A stretch of 64,000 nucleotides of DNA from an uncultured Clostridia bacterium (GCA_947646415.1 CANSGN010000006.1:2431-66430), one strand, 5' to 3'. Counted from the first letter of the stretch, positions 25,639 through 36,952 are shown. Numbers and translations are program-made. Notes: generated by a model from the letters alone, not told the origin.

Positions 25639-25790
25639 TTTAAATTCCTTTTTCCGTTTAAAATATTTTAGCATAAAAAGAATTTTTTTTCAAGCGTACA
25701 CCACAAAAAAAATCCGACAAGGCTTTAAAACCTTGTCGGTATATTGAAAAATGTCAAAGATTTTTCCGAAAATAAATATGCTTTATTTAA

Positions 25791-26066
25791 TTAAAATTCT
25801 TCGGAATTTGACATTTCATGGCTCTCATGGCGTTCTCTGCCCATAACACTTTCAGGTGCATTGATTCTTCTGCCACTGAATTTGTTATATGCTAGATAGA
25901 ATACTAACCATAAACCTGCAACACCTACGATACCGTATAAAATTCGTGCACCGATATATGCGTTTGATGTGAAAATCCAATTAATAAAGTTAAAATCAAA
26001 CACACCAACTGAAAACCAATTAAATGCACCAATTATCATTAATATCATTGCTATTACTGTAATCAT
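25791..26066 (-). CDS. DUF378-family small membrane protein
   Basis: 91 aa. IIGAFNWFSVGVFDFN...GVAGLWLV pattern. AAGGAGGG RBS. Confidence 0.7.
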   Translation of the reverse strand: MITVIAMILMIIGAFNWFSVGVFDFNFINWIFTSNAYIGARILYGIVGVAGLWLVFYLAYNKFSGRRINAPESVMGRERHESHEMSNSEEF

Positions 26067-26155
26067 TTTTCCCTCCTTGTAACACTGTTACAACATTATT
26101 ATCTTGCAAAATTGTCAAATTATACGCAATAAATACAAAAATTCTTTCAAATACC

Positions 26156-26184
26156 TTGTGTTTATTTTTATTATATGTTACAAT
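26156..26184 (+). promoter_or_regulatory. promoter of the ACT/UPF0210 operon (TTGTGT-17-TGtTACAAT)
   Basis: Hexamers at 26156-26161 and 26179-26184, with an extended -10 TG. Confidence 0.55.
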
Positions 26185-26217
26185 AATTACAAACTCATTA
26201 CTATTGGAGAAAGAGGT

Positions 26218-26484
26218 ATGAAAGCGATTGTTTCAGTAATTGGTAAGGACAAAAAAGGTATTATTGCTAAGGTAAGCAATATTTTATATGAGAACGATAT
26301 TAATATCGAAGATATCTCTCAAACTATTATGCAAGATTATTTTACTATGATTATGATGGTATCTATCAGCGCTAACAGCGACGTTACCAAACTAAGCGAT
26401 ATTTTGACAAAAACAGGCGAGGAGCTTGGCGTTACCATACGCGTTCAACACGAAGATATTTTTAATGCAATGCACAAACTTTAA
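26218..26484 (+). CDS. ACT-domain protein (UPF0237 family)
   Basis: [48 protein letters not shown]. Start at 26218 (GGAGAAAGAGG RBS). Canonical partner of UPF0210. Confidence 0.85.
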   Translation: MKAIVSVIGKDKKGIIAKVSNILYENDINIEDISQTIMQDYFTMIMMVSISANSDVTKLSDILTKTGEELGVTIRVQHEDIFNAMHKL

Positions 26485-26498
26485 TTAGAGGTTTAAAA

Positions 26499-27848
26499 AT
26501 GATAAATAACAAAGAAATTTTTGAAACTATACAAATGATTAATCAACAACATTTGGATGTGCGTACCACTACTTTGGGTATTTCACTTTTGGATTGCATT
26601 TGCGACAGTCCTAAACGCACTGCCGAAAAAGTATACGATAAAATTACTAAAAGCGCCAAAAATCTTGTTAAAACAGCAAACGATTTGGCTAGCGAACTTG
26701 GTATTCCTATCGTTAACAAACGCGTGAGCGTTACTCCCGTAAGCCTTATTACCGCAAACAATGGCGGTCATTTGGAGGTTATCCGTGCGTTGGACAAGGC
26801 TGCCAACGAAATAGGTATCGACTTTTTGGGCGGCTACTCTGCTTTAGTGCACAAAGGCATGACCGAGTACGAAAAACAATTTATTATGTCTATCCCCGAG
26901 GCACTTGCAACAACGGGCAAAGTTTGCTCTTCCGTAAATGTCGGCTCTACTAAAACGGGTATCAATATGGATGCAGTTGCTCTAATGGGTAAAATAATTC
27001 GCGAATGTGCAGAAAAAACTGCAGATAAAGACAGCTTGGCTTGTGCTAAACTTGTTGTATTTTGCAACGCGGTGGAAGATAATCCATTTATGGCAGGTGC
27101 TTTCCACGGTGTAGGCGAAAATGATTTGACTTTGAATGTAGGTGTTAGCGGTCCGGGCGTTGTAAAACACGCTTTGGAAAGTGTAAACGGAGACCTTGTT
27201 CAAGTGGCTGAAAAAATTAAGGAAACCGCTTTCAAAATTACGCGCGTAGGCTCTCTTGTTTGCCGCGAGACTGCAAAAAGGCTTGGTGTTAATTGCGGTA
27301 TTGTGGACTTGTCACTTGCCCCTACTCCTGTTATGGGCGACAGTGTTGCACACATTTTGGAGGAAATCGGTTTGGAAAGTGTGGGTGCTTGCGGTACTAC
27401 TGCTTGCCTTGCAATGCTTAACGATGCCGTTAAAAAAGGCGGTATAATGGCAAGCTCAGCAGTTGGCGGACTATCGGGTGCTTTCATCCCTGTCAGTGAG
27501 GATGCGGGCATGATTCGTGCAACAGAATGTGGCGACTTGAATATCGAAAAGTTAGAGGCAATGACTTGCGTATGTTCGGTAGGTTTGGATATGATTGCAA
27601 TTCCTGGTGACACACCTGCGGAAGTTATAAGCGGTATTATTGCAGATGAGTCGGCAATCGGTATGGTAAATATGAAAACTACTGCTGTCAGAGTTATCCC
27701 TGTTATCGGCAAAGGTGTGGGCGACTATGCAGAGTTCGGCGGACTTTTGGGACACGCTCCTATTATAGCAGTTAACAAAAATTCTCCTTTAAAATTTATA
27801 CAAAGGGGTGGCAGAATCCCTGCTCCGCTACACAGTTTGAAAAACTGA
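26499..27848 (+). CDS. PFL-like UPF0210 (DUF711) family protein
   Basis: 449 aa. [40 protein letters not shown] and [13 protein letters not shown] blocks. Confidence 0.85.
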   Translation: MINNKEIFETIQMINQQHLDVRTTTLGISLLDCICDSPKRTAEKVYDKITKSAKNLVKTANDLASELGIPIVNKRVSVTPVSLITANNGGHLEVIRALDKAANEIGIDFLGGYSALVHKGMTEYEKQFIMSIPEALATTGKVCSSVNVGSTKTGINMDAVALMGKIIRECAEKTADKDSLACAKLVVFCNAVEDNPFMAGAFHGVGENDLTLNVGVSGPGVVKHALESVNGDLVQVAEKIKETAFKITRVGSLVCRETAKRLGVNCGIVDLSLAPTPVMGDSVAHILEEIGLESVGACGTTACLAMLNDAVKKGGIMASSAVGGLSGAFIPVSEDAGMIRATECGDLNIEKLEAMTCVCSVGLDMIAIPGDTPAEVISGIIADESAIGMVNMKTTAVRVIPVIGKGVGDYAEFGGLLGHAPIIAVNKNSPLKFIQRGGRIPAPLHSLKN

Positions 27849-27863
27849 TAAAAAGGTATTACC

Positions 27864-28388
27864 ATGGACGAATTAAACCAAAATATACAAAATAGTAACG
27901 ATTTTCAAAAGGAAAAAGTACAAACAACGAGTAACGAAGATAATAACGCTACTATTTGCGATACACAAACTGATAGCGAAAGTGCAAATAATGATATAAA
28001 TCTTAAAAATGAAATTATAGGCGCAAAAGATACTACTATTGCGGTTGAAAATACAAATGAGCAAATGAACAAAAACTGCTCTTTAAGCCATAAAAAAGAT
28101 GAAAAATTGAAAAATATTTCTTATGCGTCAATTCCTTTTATTTTGGCTGCAATAATTATATCACTATTCAATATGGGCAAAGTTAGACAGCCTTTAAGCT
28201 TTTTGTTGCTTTCTATTGGACTAGTTGTACTAGGCATTACTTATTTTATAAGAAGCAAATTTATATCAAGCAGTTGCAGTTGTAAAGACTGCTTACACCA
28301 AAGCAAAAACTGCATGAAATATGGTATACTTTACAGCATTGCTGCTTTGGGACCTTTAGGTGCATTTATATATTATATGGTTATTTAA
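27864..28388 (+). CDS. hypothetical membrane protein (disordered N/D/Q-rich N-terminus, 3 TM helices)
   Basis: 174-aa ORF with a terminator immediately after it. No recognisable family. Confidence 0.5.
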   Translation: MDELNQNIQNSNDFQKEKVQTTSNEDNNATICDTQTDSESANNDINLKNEIIGAKDTTIAVENTNEQMNKNCSLSHKKDEKLKNISYASIPFILAAIIISLFNMGKVRQPLSFLLLSIGLVVLGITYFIRSKFISSSCSCKDCLHQSKNCMKYGILYSIAALGPLGAFIYYMVI

Positions 28389-28412
28389 GGTTGTGGCTTA
28401 CAACCTTTTTTA
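28387..28412 (+). terminator. terminator
   Basis: AAGGTTGT-GGCTT-ACAACCTT followed by TTTTAAT, overlapping the stop codon. Confidence 0.75.
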
Positions 28413-28479
28413 ATAAAATTTTTACTTATACAAATACTATTAACATACCAAGGTAAATCTTATACAAGGAGCGGGAAAA

Positions 28480-28734
28480 ATGAAAATTTGGGCAAGACTT
28501 ATGATTGACGGAAAAAATGTTAAAGATACCCTATATCAAGATAATAAGTCTTTAACTTATGAAAGCTATGAAAATATGTTGCGAAATATTGCCGATTTGC
28601 TTGATATTTCCTCCCCTGTTACAATGAACATTCACTTTAAACATTTTAAGGAGTTTAATATCCACCGCTTTAAACCGGATGATTTTGTGGAAAGCTTTGA
28701 ATACGACTCTATGGAAATTGAATGTTACGAATAA
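28480..28734 (+). CDS. hypothetical small protein
   Basis: 84-aa ORF with GGAGCGGG RBS 6 nt upstream and a terminator downstream. No family recognised. Confidence 0.5.
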   Translation: MKIWARLMIDGKNVKDTLYQDNKSLTYESYENMLRNIADLLDISSPVTMNIHFKHFKEFNIHRFKPDDFVESFEYDSMEIECYE

Positions 28735-28758
28735 ATAATAATTCTAAACCTATTATGA

Positions 28759-28784
28759 GTCACCGAAACATACGGTGGCTTTTT
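28759..28784 (+). terminator. terminator
   Basis: GTCACCG-AAACATA-CGGTGGC followed by TTTTTG. Confidence 0.7.
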
Positions 28785-28789
28785 GAGTA

Positions 28790-28829
28790 AAAAATAACAA
28801 GCCTGTAAGTTTACGGCTTGTTATTTTTA
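28790..28829. terminator. bidirectional terminator (serves the minus-strand lipoprotein gene)
   Basis: AAAAATAACAAGCC-TGTAAGTTTA-CGGCTTGTTATTTTT. Confidence 0.75.
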
Positions 28830-28840
28830 ATATATTTTAT

Positions 28841-29446
28841 TTATTCTTCATATATAAACTGTACGTATACAAAAGTTGTCTCGTCCTCATCAAGCACCAT
28901 TGACAATAATAATGTATCGTAATCTGCGAATCCTTCCAATTCTGTATTAAATACTCCGTCAATACTCTCTCCAATATACACAGTTGTAGTTTGCTCTAAT
29001 AAATTGGTTTTTTGTTTATATTCATACTGCACTACTCTGCCGTCGGCAAACACTTGTTCCAAAATTCCGTTCGACTTAAATGTCAAGCTGGAATTTGAAT
29101 ATTCAGTATAAATCGCATCCACATAAGCCTGTACTTCTTGTATGGTCAATATAGGATTATCTGTTATATCCCCGTTTATGTTGTTATCCTCTGACGGATA
29201 GACCATAATGTTTAAATCAACAGCCGAAATATCAAACTTAAATGTTTTACCTACAACGGATAATGTCGGTGTTTTGGGATTTGTATTAGGCTTTTGCTCT
29301 TGGTCGGTAAATTCGTTTCCGTTTTTATCCGCAGGGGTGTTATCTGTATTATTATCCGGAATTATAAAGTTACCACAAGCGGACAATGACAATACTGCGA
29401 TTATCAATACTGCAATTACTAAAATTAAAATCGATTTTCTTTTCAT
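28841..29446 (-). CDS. lipoprotein, function unknown
   Basis: MKRKSILILVIAVLIIAVLSLSAC|GNF lipobox. 201 aa. Confidence 0.7.
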   Translation of the reverse strand: MKRKSILILVIAVLIIAVLSLSACGNFIIPDNNTDNTPADKNGNEFTDQEQKPNTNPKTPTLSVVGKTFKFDISAVDLNIMVYPSEDNNINGDITDNPILTIQEVQAYVDAIYTEYSNSSLTFKSNGILEQVFADGRVVQYEYKQKTNLLEQTTTVYIGESIDGVFNTELEGFADYDTLLLSMVLDEDETTFVYVQFIYEE

Positions 29447-29603
29447 AGTAGCACCTACTTTTTTAACTATTTATATTTTACTACTTTTATTAAATAATTG
29501 TCAAGTTTGAATTTTTTCGCCCTTCAATTTTACTAATTATGATAAGTCTAGGGCAATTTTTATAAAAAATAGTTTAATATTGCAAGACACTAAATGTCTA
29601 ACT

Positions 29604-30668
29604 TTAAATATACTCGCAAATAAGGTCTCCTGCCTCACTACATTTTACCAATGTATTATCTGCTTTCATGATATCCTGTGTGCGATATCCGTTTTTCAAA
29701 AACAAATCTATTGCTTTTTCTACACTTGCAGCTTCCTTTTCCAAATCAAAGGAATGTCTTAGCATCATGGCAACACTCAAAATCATACCGATTGGGTTTG
29801 CTATATCCTTACCTGCAATATCAGGTGCCGAGCCGTGAATTGCCTCGTAAAATCCTCTTTTACCATCGCCCAAAGATGCAGAGCCGCTCATACCGATAGA
29901 CCCAATCAATGCACTTGCCTCGTCGCTCAAAATGTCACCGAACATATTTTCAGTCAAAATAACATCGATTTTTGACGGTTTTTTGATTAATTGCATTGCA
30001 CAATTATCAACATACATATATGATACATTAACAGTAGGATAGTTTTTTGCCATTTCTTCCACAACGCTACGCCACAATTTAGATGTTGCAAGCACATTTG
30101 CCTTATCAACCAAAAGCAAACTGCCGCTCCTTTTTTCCGCCAATTCAAAAGCCACTTTGCTTACACGTTTTATTTCCTCTTCGGTATACTTCATAATGTC
30201 GGTTGCAACTTGTTCGCCATTTTCAATACTTTGACTATGCTCCCCAAAATATACTCCGCTTACAAGTTCACGCACTATCATTATATCAATGCCGTCACCT
30301 ACAATTTCCTCCTTAAGCGGGCTATCCAACCCCGCATATAACTTTTGCGGACGAAGATTTGCATAAACTTGCATTGCCTTACGAATCCCCAGCAAAGCCT
30401 TTTCCGGTCTGTTGTTTGCAGGCTCGCTATCCCATTTATTGCCACCTACCGCACCCAACAATGTGCTATCCGTATTAAGTACCGCATTTAAAGTTTCGTC
30501 AGGCAAGCACTTTCCTGTTTTATCAATGGCACATCCTCCTGCCAAACAATATTGATAATCAAATTTATGATTAAACTTTAAAGCAACTTTATTTAATACT
30601 TTGATTGCTTGAGCCATTACTTCGGGGCCTATACCATCGCCCTCTATAACACAAATATTTTTTTGCAT
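29604..30668 (-). CDS. leuB: 3-isopropylmalate dehydrogenase
   Basis: 354 aa. VIEGDGIGPEV, LLGAVGG.KWD, NLRP, ENMFGDILSDEAS, GSAPDIAGK. Confidence 0.95.
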   Translation of the reverse strand: MQKNICVIEGDGIGPEVMAQAIKVLNKVALKFNHKFDYQYCLAGGCAIDKTGKCLPDETLNAVLNTDSTLLGAVGGNKWDSEPANNRPEKALLGIRKAMQVYANLRPQKLYAGLDSPLKEEIVGDGIDIMIVRELVSGVYFGEHSQSIENGEQVATDIMKYTEEEIKRVSKVAFELAEKRSGSLLLVDKANVLATSKLWRSVVEEMAKNYPTVNVSYMYVDNCAMQLIKKPSKIDVILTENMFGDILSDEASALIGSIGMSGSASLGDGKRGFYEAIHGSAPDIAGKDIANPIGMILSVAMMLRHSFDLEKEAASVEKAIDLFLKNGYRTQDIMKADNTLVKCSEAGDLICEYI

Positions 30669-30670
30669 AA

Positions 30671-31165
30671 TTATTTACCGCCTAACTGTTTTTTTACGCT
30701 GTTAATATATCCGTTATTTTTTATTATGTTTTGGATAAACTCCGGGAATGGTTGTACTTGTGCACTCCACCCTTGTGTTTTATTGCAAATTAAGCCATTA
30801 TCCAAATCCACTTGCACCATATCGCCGTTATTTATTTTGTCTGCCATATCGCACTCCACAATCGCAAGTCCGATATTTATACTATTACGATAAAAGATTC
30901 TTGCAAAAGATTTTGCAATAACAATGCTCACTCCGCTTGCTTTAATTGCAATAGGGGCATGTTCTCTCGATGAGCCGCAACCAAAGTTATTACCGCCGAC
31001 AATAATATCCCCTTCTTTCACTTTGCTTGCAAAATCTTTATCTATATCTTCCATACAATGAGCTGCAAGTTCCTTATGGTCTTGAGTATTAAGATATCTT
31101 GCGGGTATAATTACATCCGTATCCACATTATCGCCGTATTTAAAAACTTTTCCTTCAACTATCAT
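30671..31165 (-). CDS. leuD: 3-isopropylmalate dehydratase small subunit
   Basis: 164 aa. [30 protein letters not shown]. Confidence 0.93.
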   Translation of the reverse strand: MIVEGKVFKYGDNVDTDVIIPARYLNTQDHKELAAHCMEDIDKDFASKVKEGDIIVGGNNFGCGSSREHAPIAIKASGVSIVIAKSFARIFYRNSINIGLAIVECDMADKINNGDMVQVDLDNGLICNKTQGWSAQVQPFPEFIQNIIKNNGYINSVKKQLGGK

Positions 31166-31166
31166 A

Positions 31167-32429
31167 TCAAATATCCTCCGGTGTTGCCAATCTGCCCAAA
31201 ATAGCGCTTGCAGCAGCTACTGCAGGGCTGGCAAGATAAATTTCACTATCAATATGTCCCATTCTGCCTACAAAATTTCTGTTAGTAGTGGAAACGCATC
31301 TCTCCCCTTTTGCAAGTATACCCATAAAGCCGCCCAAGCAAGGACCGCAAGTAGGAGTACTAATTACTGCTCCTGCTTTTATAAAAATCTCTGCCAATCC
31401 ATTTTGTATACATTTTAAATAAATATCTTGAGTTGCAGGTATTATCACGCATTTTAAACCGTTTGCAACTTTTCTTCCCTTTAAAATTTCACTCGCGGCT
31501 AGCATATCTTCGTATCTGCCGTTTGTACATGAGCCAATAACTACTTGGTCGATAGGAATATTTCCCCACTCCTCTTTCTTTTTTATATTTTCCGGCAAAT
31601 GAGGGAATGCTACTGTATAATCTATCTCCGACAAATCAATAGTATAAGTCTTGTAATACTCTGCATCGCTGTCCGCCGTTACAACATTATACGGCATTGT
31701 GCAATGCTCTTTTAAATATGCATGAGTAATCTCGTCAACTTCGAAAATACCATTTTTGGCACCAGCTTCTACCGCCATATTGGCAATGGTAAACCTATCT
31801 GCCATATTAAGATATTTTACTCCCTCTCCTACAAATTCCATACTGCAATATCTTGCACCTTCTACACCTATTTTACCTATTATGTGCAAAATAATATCCT
31901 TACCGCAAATACCTTTTTTAGGTTTTCCCACAAGTTCGAACTTAATGCTTTTTGGTACTTTAAACCAGCTTTGTCCTGTACGCATAGCTACAGCAAAATC
32001 CGTAGAGCCGACACCGCTTGAAAAAGCTCCTATCGCACCGTAAGTACAAGTATGAGAGTCCGCACCGATAATCATATCTCCCGCTTTTACAAGCCCTTTT
32101 TCCGGCAAAAACGCATGTTCTATACCCGATACTCCGATATCGTAAAAGTGTTTAATACCGATTTTTGACGCAAATTCTTTTGTTTTTTGTACTTGCATTG
32201 CAGACTTAATATCTTTACAAGGAACAAAATGGTCCATTATCAATGCTATTTTTTCCTTATCAAAAACTTTATCAAAACCCGCTTTTACAAACTCATCTAT
32301 TGCAAGAGGAGCGGTTATATCGTTTGCCAAAATCATATCCAAATCTGCCATAACAAGCATACCTGCTTGCACAAAATCTTTGCCACAATGCTTGGCAATT
32401 ATTTTTTCCGTCATTGTCATTCCTTTCAT
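31167..32429 (-). CDS. leuC: 3-isopropylmalate dehydratase large subunit
   Basis: 420 aa. [27 protein letters not shown] aconitase-type cluster ligands. ATGA overlap with the leuA stop. Confidence 0.93.
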   Translation of the reverse strand: MKGMTMTEKIIAKHCGKDFVQAGMLVMADLDMILANDITAPLAIDEFVKAGFDKVFDKEKIALIMDHFVPCKDIKSAMQVQKTKEFASKIGIKHFYDIGVSGIEHAFLPEKGLVKAGDMIIGADSHTCTYGAIGAFSSGVGSTDFAVAMRTGQSWFKVPKSIKFELVGKPKKGICGKDIILHIIGKIGVEGARYCSMEFVGEGVKYLNMADRFTIANMAVEAGAKNGIFEVDEITHAYLKEHCTMPYNVVTADSDAEYYKTYTIDLSEIDYTVAFPHLPENIKKKEEWGNIPIDQVVIGSCTNGRYEDMLAASEILKGRKVANGLKCVIIPATQDIYLKCIQNGLAEIFIKAGAVISTPTCGPCLGGFMGILAKGERCVSTTNRNFVGRMGHIDSEIYLASPAVAAASAILGRLATPEDI

Positions 32430-34093
32430 ACGCTTGCCTCCTTATTGCTTCTGTTAATTGCAGAAAGTAATGCTTTGATTGATGAACTTGCGATATCCTC
32501 ATCTTCGCCTACACCCCAAATCTTTTTGCCGTTTACGCTAATGCTAACATAAGATATCGCCAATGAATTGGAGCCGACTTCTTTTGCATGTTCTTTATAG
32601 TCGGTCAATATATAGTGATATCCAAGACAATTTTTTATTGCGTTTGAAACACTATCTAACATACCATTACCGCTACCTTTCAATTTTACAGTTGTATCGC
32701 CGTTTTGTACTTCTAATACAACATTATAATAATTATTATCTCTCTTAAAACTATATTCGTTTAATTTAATAGGATTATCCAAATTTATATATTCGTTACG
32801 GAATATATCCAAAACCTCATCGTTTTGCAATTCCTTATGTAAGTTGTCGCTAAATCCTTTAACAGTATAGCCCAACTCTTCACGCATACCGATAGGAATT
32901 TCATAGCCAAACGCACTCTCAAGCAAATAACTTACACCGCCTTTGCCCGACTGACTGTTAATACGTATTACGTCAGCCATATATTCCTTACCGACATCCT
33001 TAGGGTCGATGGCAAGATAAGGCACATTCCAATACTTGTCATTTCCGTTTGCTCTGTATGCCATACCTTTTGCGATAGCATCTTGGTGCGAGCCACTAAA
33101 TGCAGCATATACCAATTCTCCCACATACGGCTGTCTAGGCGGTACTTTCATTTGAGTAAGTTTTTCGTATAACTTGATGATTTTAGGCATATTTTCAAAA
33201 TTCAATTTTGGGTCAACACCATGCGAATACAAGTTCATTGCAAAAGTAATAATGTCGCCATTGCCTGTCCTTTCGCCGTTACCAAACAAAGTGCCCTCAA
33301 TCCTATCTCCGCCCGCAAGCAAGCCAAGCTCTCCGTCAGCGATAGCAGTACCTCTATCATTGTGAGGGTGCAAGGAAATCACTACATTTTCCCTATAGTT
33401 TATATTTTTACTCATATACTCAACTTGATTTGCGTAAATGTGCGGCATACTTAACTCTACCGTAACAGGCAAATTTATTATTACTTTATTGTCTTTAGAT
33501 GGCTTAAATACTTCTAAAACACTATTTACAACCTGCAAAGCATAATCTGGCTCTGTGCCTGTAAAGCTTTCGGGAGAATACTCGAACGTTACTTTGCCAT
33601 CAAAATCTTTAGCTTTTTGGACAGCATATTGTGCACCGCTTACTGCCAAATCGATTATCTCCTGTTTAGACTTTTTAAACACTTGCTCACGTTGTGCCAA
33701 AGATGTACTGTTATATAAATGGCAAATTACTTTTTTTGCACCGCGCAAACTATCAAAAGTTTTATCTATAATATGTGGTCTTGCTTGGGTTAATACCTGT
33801 ATGGTTACATCGTCGGGTATCAAATTGTTTTCTATCAAAGCACGCAAAAAGTCATACTCCGTCTGCGACGCAGCAGGAAAACCGACTTCTATTTCTTTAA
33901 AGCCTATCTCGCACAGTGCTTTAAAAAACTCCAACTTTTGTTCCAAGTTCATTGGTGTTATAAGTGCTTGATTTCCGTCACGCAAATCCACACTACACCA
34001 TATAGGAGCTTTATCTACATACTCCCTTTTTACCCAATCGAAATTGTCCCCTGCCGGCATAAAATATCCGCGTTTGTATTTTGTAAAATCCAT
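32426..34093 (-). CDS. leuA: 2-isopropylmalate synthase (long form)
   Basis: 555 aa. [32 protein letters not shown]-terminal regulatory domain. Confidence 0.95.
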   Translation of the reverse strand: MDFTKYKRGYFMPAGDNFDWVKREYVDKAPIWCSVDLRDGNQALITPMNLEQKLEFFKALCEIGFKEIEVGFPAASQTEYDFLRALIENNLIPDDVTIQVLTQARPHIIDKTFDSLRGAKKVICHLYNSTSLAQREQVFKKSKQEIIDLAVSGAQYAVQKAKDFDGKVTFEYSPESFTGTEPDYALQVVNSVLEVFKPSKDNKVIINLPVTVELSMPHIYANQVEYMSKNINYRENVVISLHPHNDRGTAIADGELGLLAGGDRIEGTLFGNGERTGNGDIITFAMNLYSHGVDPKLNFENMPKIIKLYEKLTQMKVPPRQPYVGELVYAAFSGSHQDAIAKGMAYRANGNDKYWNVPYLAIDPKDVGKEYMADVIRINSQSGKGGVSYLLESAFGYEIPIGMREELGYTVKGFSDNLHKELQNDEVLDIFRNEYINLDNPIKLNEYSFKRDNNYYNVVLEVQNGDTTVKLKGSGNGMLDSVSNAIKNCLGYHYILTDYKEHAKEVGSNSLAISYVSISVNGKKIWGVGEDEDIASSSIKALLSAINRSNKEASV

Positions 34094-34138
34094 TTTTATC
34101 TCCTAAATACAATAAAACTCTTAAAAATATATTAGCTT

Positions 34139-34167
34139 ATTTTATCAAAAAAATTATAAATTGTCAA
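34139..34167 (-). promoter_or_regulatory. leu operon promoter (TTGACA-17-TGaTAAAAT)
   Basis: Minus strand TTGACAATTTATAATTTTTTTGATAAAAT, about 45 nt upstream of the leuA ATG. No T-box between them. Confidence 0.75.
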
Positions 34168-34252
34168 TATTACCTATGTTTATTTTTTATTAAAGATAAT
34201 ATTTTAAGCAATATTTGGCTAAAAGGTTTTTATCATCATTTGCATAATAATT

Positions 34253-34279
34253 GCGACCTAAGTACTAAACTTAGGTCGC
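34253..34279 (-). terminator. hairpin downstream of the MFS gene (weak U-tract)
   Basis: GCGACCTAAG-TTTAGTA-CTTAGGTCGC perfect 10-bp stem. On the minus strand it is followed by AATTATTAT and preceded by T7. Confidence 0.45.
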
Positions 34280-34390
34280 AAAAAAATGCCGATTGCAACA
34301 TTTACATACGATTTTTGACAGGTTTTTTATTATTTTAATATAAAATAAATAGTCCTAACTAGTTATAATTTAGTCATATTTTATAAATCT

Positions 34391-35623
34391 TTAAAACAAA
34401 GATTTATTTATTTGCACATCTTCGCTGTCAGTCTTTTTCTTGCGTTTAATAAGTGCATATATCGCTATATGACAAATCATACAAAGACATGGCAAACAAG
34501 CAATTATCAAAAACATTTTAGATAAAGATAATTTATCCGCAATATTTCCCGCTATCGCACCAAACATAGATGCTCCGACATCTCCAAAAACGGCAAGTGT
34601 GCTGAATATCCAAGCCCCTGCTTTAGGAAAAGCTTCGCCCGCAATAGAGATAACACCCGGCCAACACATACTGCTAAACAAACCGACCAATATACAAAGC
34701 ACCAATGATAATATCGTATTAATCTCCAAACCAATTAAAAGGTATGCGATAAATGCTAAAAAGCAAGAGACTATCAATACCATATTAAGGTTTATTTTGT
34801 GTCCGAAAAAGCCAAAAATCAATCTGCCCGCACCAAGCATAACAGCAAACAACAACATTCCAATCATATCAGACATTAGTTTGCTTACACCCAAATTAAG
34901 CTCGCAGAAAGTGGAAACATATTGATTCATAATTATTTCCACCCCCGCACCGACTATAATTGCGATGCAACATAAAATATAAATAGGCGATTTTGCGACT
35001 TTAAAACTCGATTGACCTTTGCTTTCGGTACTCCTCTGCTCTACGATTTTTACCGGTATAAACTGAATAGTATTTAACACGGGAACAACTGCCAAAGCCC
35101 CGATTATATACATCCAATTTTCCGCTCCAAAATAGTTTAGGCACAACGCTATAAATACTATACTGACTGCTTGCCACCAAGCGTAAAAGGAATGTAACAG
35201 GCTCATTGCTGCCTTTTTGTTTTTAAATGTATCGGGTATTGTATCCACTATCGGGCTTAACACCACTTCCAACATACCGCTTGCAAACGAAAATACTATC
35301 GTGGACAGCACCATTGGCACAAATATGTTGGACGGCATTATTTTTGGCGACATGCAGTAAAGCACCATACCGATAAAACCCAATAAATTAGCAATATAAA
35401 CAAGATTTTTATATTTAACTTTATCTATAATAAACGTAAGTAAAACATCCGCCAATATTTGAGTACCAAAGTTTATACCGACAAGTATGCCCATTTGCCC
35501 AAGCGTAAGACCGTACAAACTCATAAATGGTACCATAAGCAAAGCAGTCATATTAGCATATATCGCCTGACTTGCATTGGCTGTGCAACTAGCTATAAGT
35601 ATTCTGTTATAATTGTTTCTCAT
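34391..35623 (-). CDS. MFS transporter
   Basis: 410 aa, 12 predicted hydrophobic helices in a two-times-six layout. Confidence 0.75.
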   Translation of the reverse strand: MRNNYNRILIASCTANASQAIYANMTALLMVPFMSLYGLTLGQMGILVGINFGTQILADVLLTFIIDKVKYKNLVYIANLLGFIGMVLYCMSPKIMPSNIFVPMVLSTIVFSFASGMLEVVLSPIVDTIPDTFKNKKAAMSLLHSFYAWWQAVSIVFIALCLNYFGAENWMYIIGALAVVPVLNTIQFIPVKIVEQRSTESKGQSSFKVAKSPIYILCCIAIIVGAGVEIIMNQYVSTFCELNLGVSKLMSDMIGMLLFAVMLGAGRLIFGFFGHKINLNMVLIVSCFLAFIAYLLIGLEINTILSLVLCILVGLFSSMCWPGVISIAGEAFPKAGAWIFSTLAVFGDVGASMFGAIAGNIADKLSLSKMFLIIACLPCLCMICHIAIYALIKRKKKTDSEDVQINKSLF

Positions 35624-35924
35624 TTTTTACCACTCCAACTGCCGTTATCAAAAAATAATCGACAATCAATTTTATTTGTCCATGTATACTTAAAATTAAA
35701 TAAAACATAGACTATGTACATTGACTTTTATACGGTAAGTTAAAAAGTTTTATCGCCTCAAATTATTATACGCAAAACAAATATTAAAAGTTGAATAAAT
35801 TTCGGCTTAAATATTAAACAAATTTTAATGTGTTGCCTATTAATATTAATAAGCAACCTCATTAACAAATTAATTATAACATATCATTACAATGCCTTAC
35901 AAGTATATTATTGCGACACTTTAA

Positions 35925-36263
35925 TCATTTTGTATACAAATTCATAATCGCATTTTTTTGATTACTTGACAGCGTTTTAAAAAACTCCAAAGCCTGTTTA
36001 TCTTGCTTATAAGCATTTATATCGTAATAAAAAAACTCCTCGGGAGTGCTTCCGCAAACCTCAATAATATCCAACCAAATCGAAAGAGACGGCTCGAAAG
36101 TAGTTTTTTCGCTCTCCAACAAACGTATATAACTTGCATTTTTGCCAATAGTCAAGCTCAATGCCCTTGCCGACAAATTTGCTCTTGTTCTTATAATTCC
36201 AATTTTAACAAATTCTTTTACTACAACTAACGGTTATTTATATAAAACTAATTTTGACAACAA
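35925..36263 (-). pseudogene. XRE-family HTH protein interrupted by an in-frame TAA
   Basis: AAGGAGG (36274-36268) then TTG start codons at 36263/36260, then MLSKLVLYK and TAA at 36236-36234. The same frame continues PLVVVKEFVKIGIIRTRANLSARALSLTIGKNASYIRLLESEKT..STPEEFF, which is a full HTH_3 pattern. The ORF-track version (TTG 36176) would lack helix 1. Confidence 0.5.
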
Positions 36264-36371
36264 AAAACCTCCTTAATATTTGTATAAATACAGTTTAAAC
36301 ACATCTATTTAATTAAGGAGAATTATTATTATAGTTATTTAATTTATAATTTTTTTCATACATAACTATTT

Positions 36372-36410
36372 TGTTTAAAATACAATAGCGGGAAGTATAT
36401 TCCCGCTATT
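36372..36410 (-). terminator. terminator of the alpha operon (after rplQ)
   Basis: Minus strand AATAGCGGGAA-TATAC-TTCCCGCTATT followed by GTATTTTAAAC. Confidence 0.8.
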
Positions 36411-36433
36411 TGCTTAGTAACACAATTATTTAA

Positions 36434-36940
36434 TTATACCATCTCGATGATAACCATTTCTGCTGCGTCGCCACGTCTTGCACCTAGTTTAATGATTCTG
36501 GTATATCCGCCGCCTTGACCTAGCTCTTCTTTTCTACCTGCATACTTTGGAGCATACTCGTTAAACACTTTCTCGATTAGTGGGTGTTTAATGTCACGAG
36601 TTCTTTCTTTATAAGCAGTTTTAGACTCTTTTTCGCCTTGAGCTTCTTTAATGTCACGCAAGAAAGACATCATTTGTCTTCTAGCATTCAATTTCTTTTT
36701 GCCGTCATTTTTAAATTCTACAGCAACTTTTTCGCCTTTAGCATTAGTTTTAGTCTTTGTAGTAGTAACTATATCATCATAACTCTTAACGCCTAGAGTA
36801 ACCATTTTTTCTGCAAGTCTTTTAACTTCTTTAGCTCTATCAACAGTAGTCTCAATGCGACCATACCATAATAGTTCAGAAACTTGGTTACGCAACAAAT
36901 GCATTCTTTGGTCAGTACGTTTTCCTAGTTTTCTTGCCAT
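36434..36940 (-). CDS. rplQ: 50S ribosomal protein L17 (with ~45-aa internal/C-proximal insertion)
   Basis: MARKLGKRTDQRMHLLRNQVSELL...GGGYTRIIKLGARRGDAAEMVIIE. 168 aa versus the usual ~115-130. Confidence 0.95.
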   Translation of the reverse strand: MARKLGKRTDQRMHLLRNQVSELLWYGRIETTVDRAKEVKRLAEKMVTLGVKSYDDIVTTTKTKTNAKGEKVAVEFKNDGKKKLNARRQMMSFLRDIKEAQGEKESKTAYKERTRDIKHPLIEKVFNEYAPKYAGRKEELGQGGGYTRIIKLGARRGDAAEMVIIEMV

Positions 36941-36952
36941 TTTTTTATCTCC

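Noticed and set aside
34094-34390. Expected a Leu T-box or leader-peptide attenuator upstream of leuA.
   Set aside because: No T-box core (…GGTGGTACCGCG…), specifier hairpin or Leu-rich leader ORF is visible on the minus strand. A consensus promoter sits only ~45 nt from the ATG, so the long spacer is mostly the MFS gene's 3' region and hairpin.
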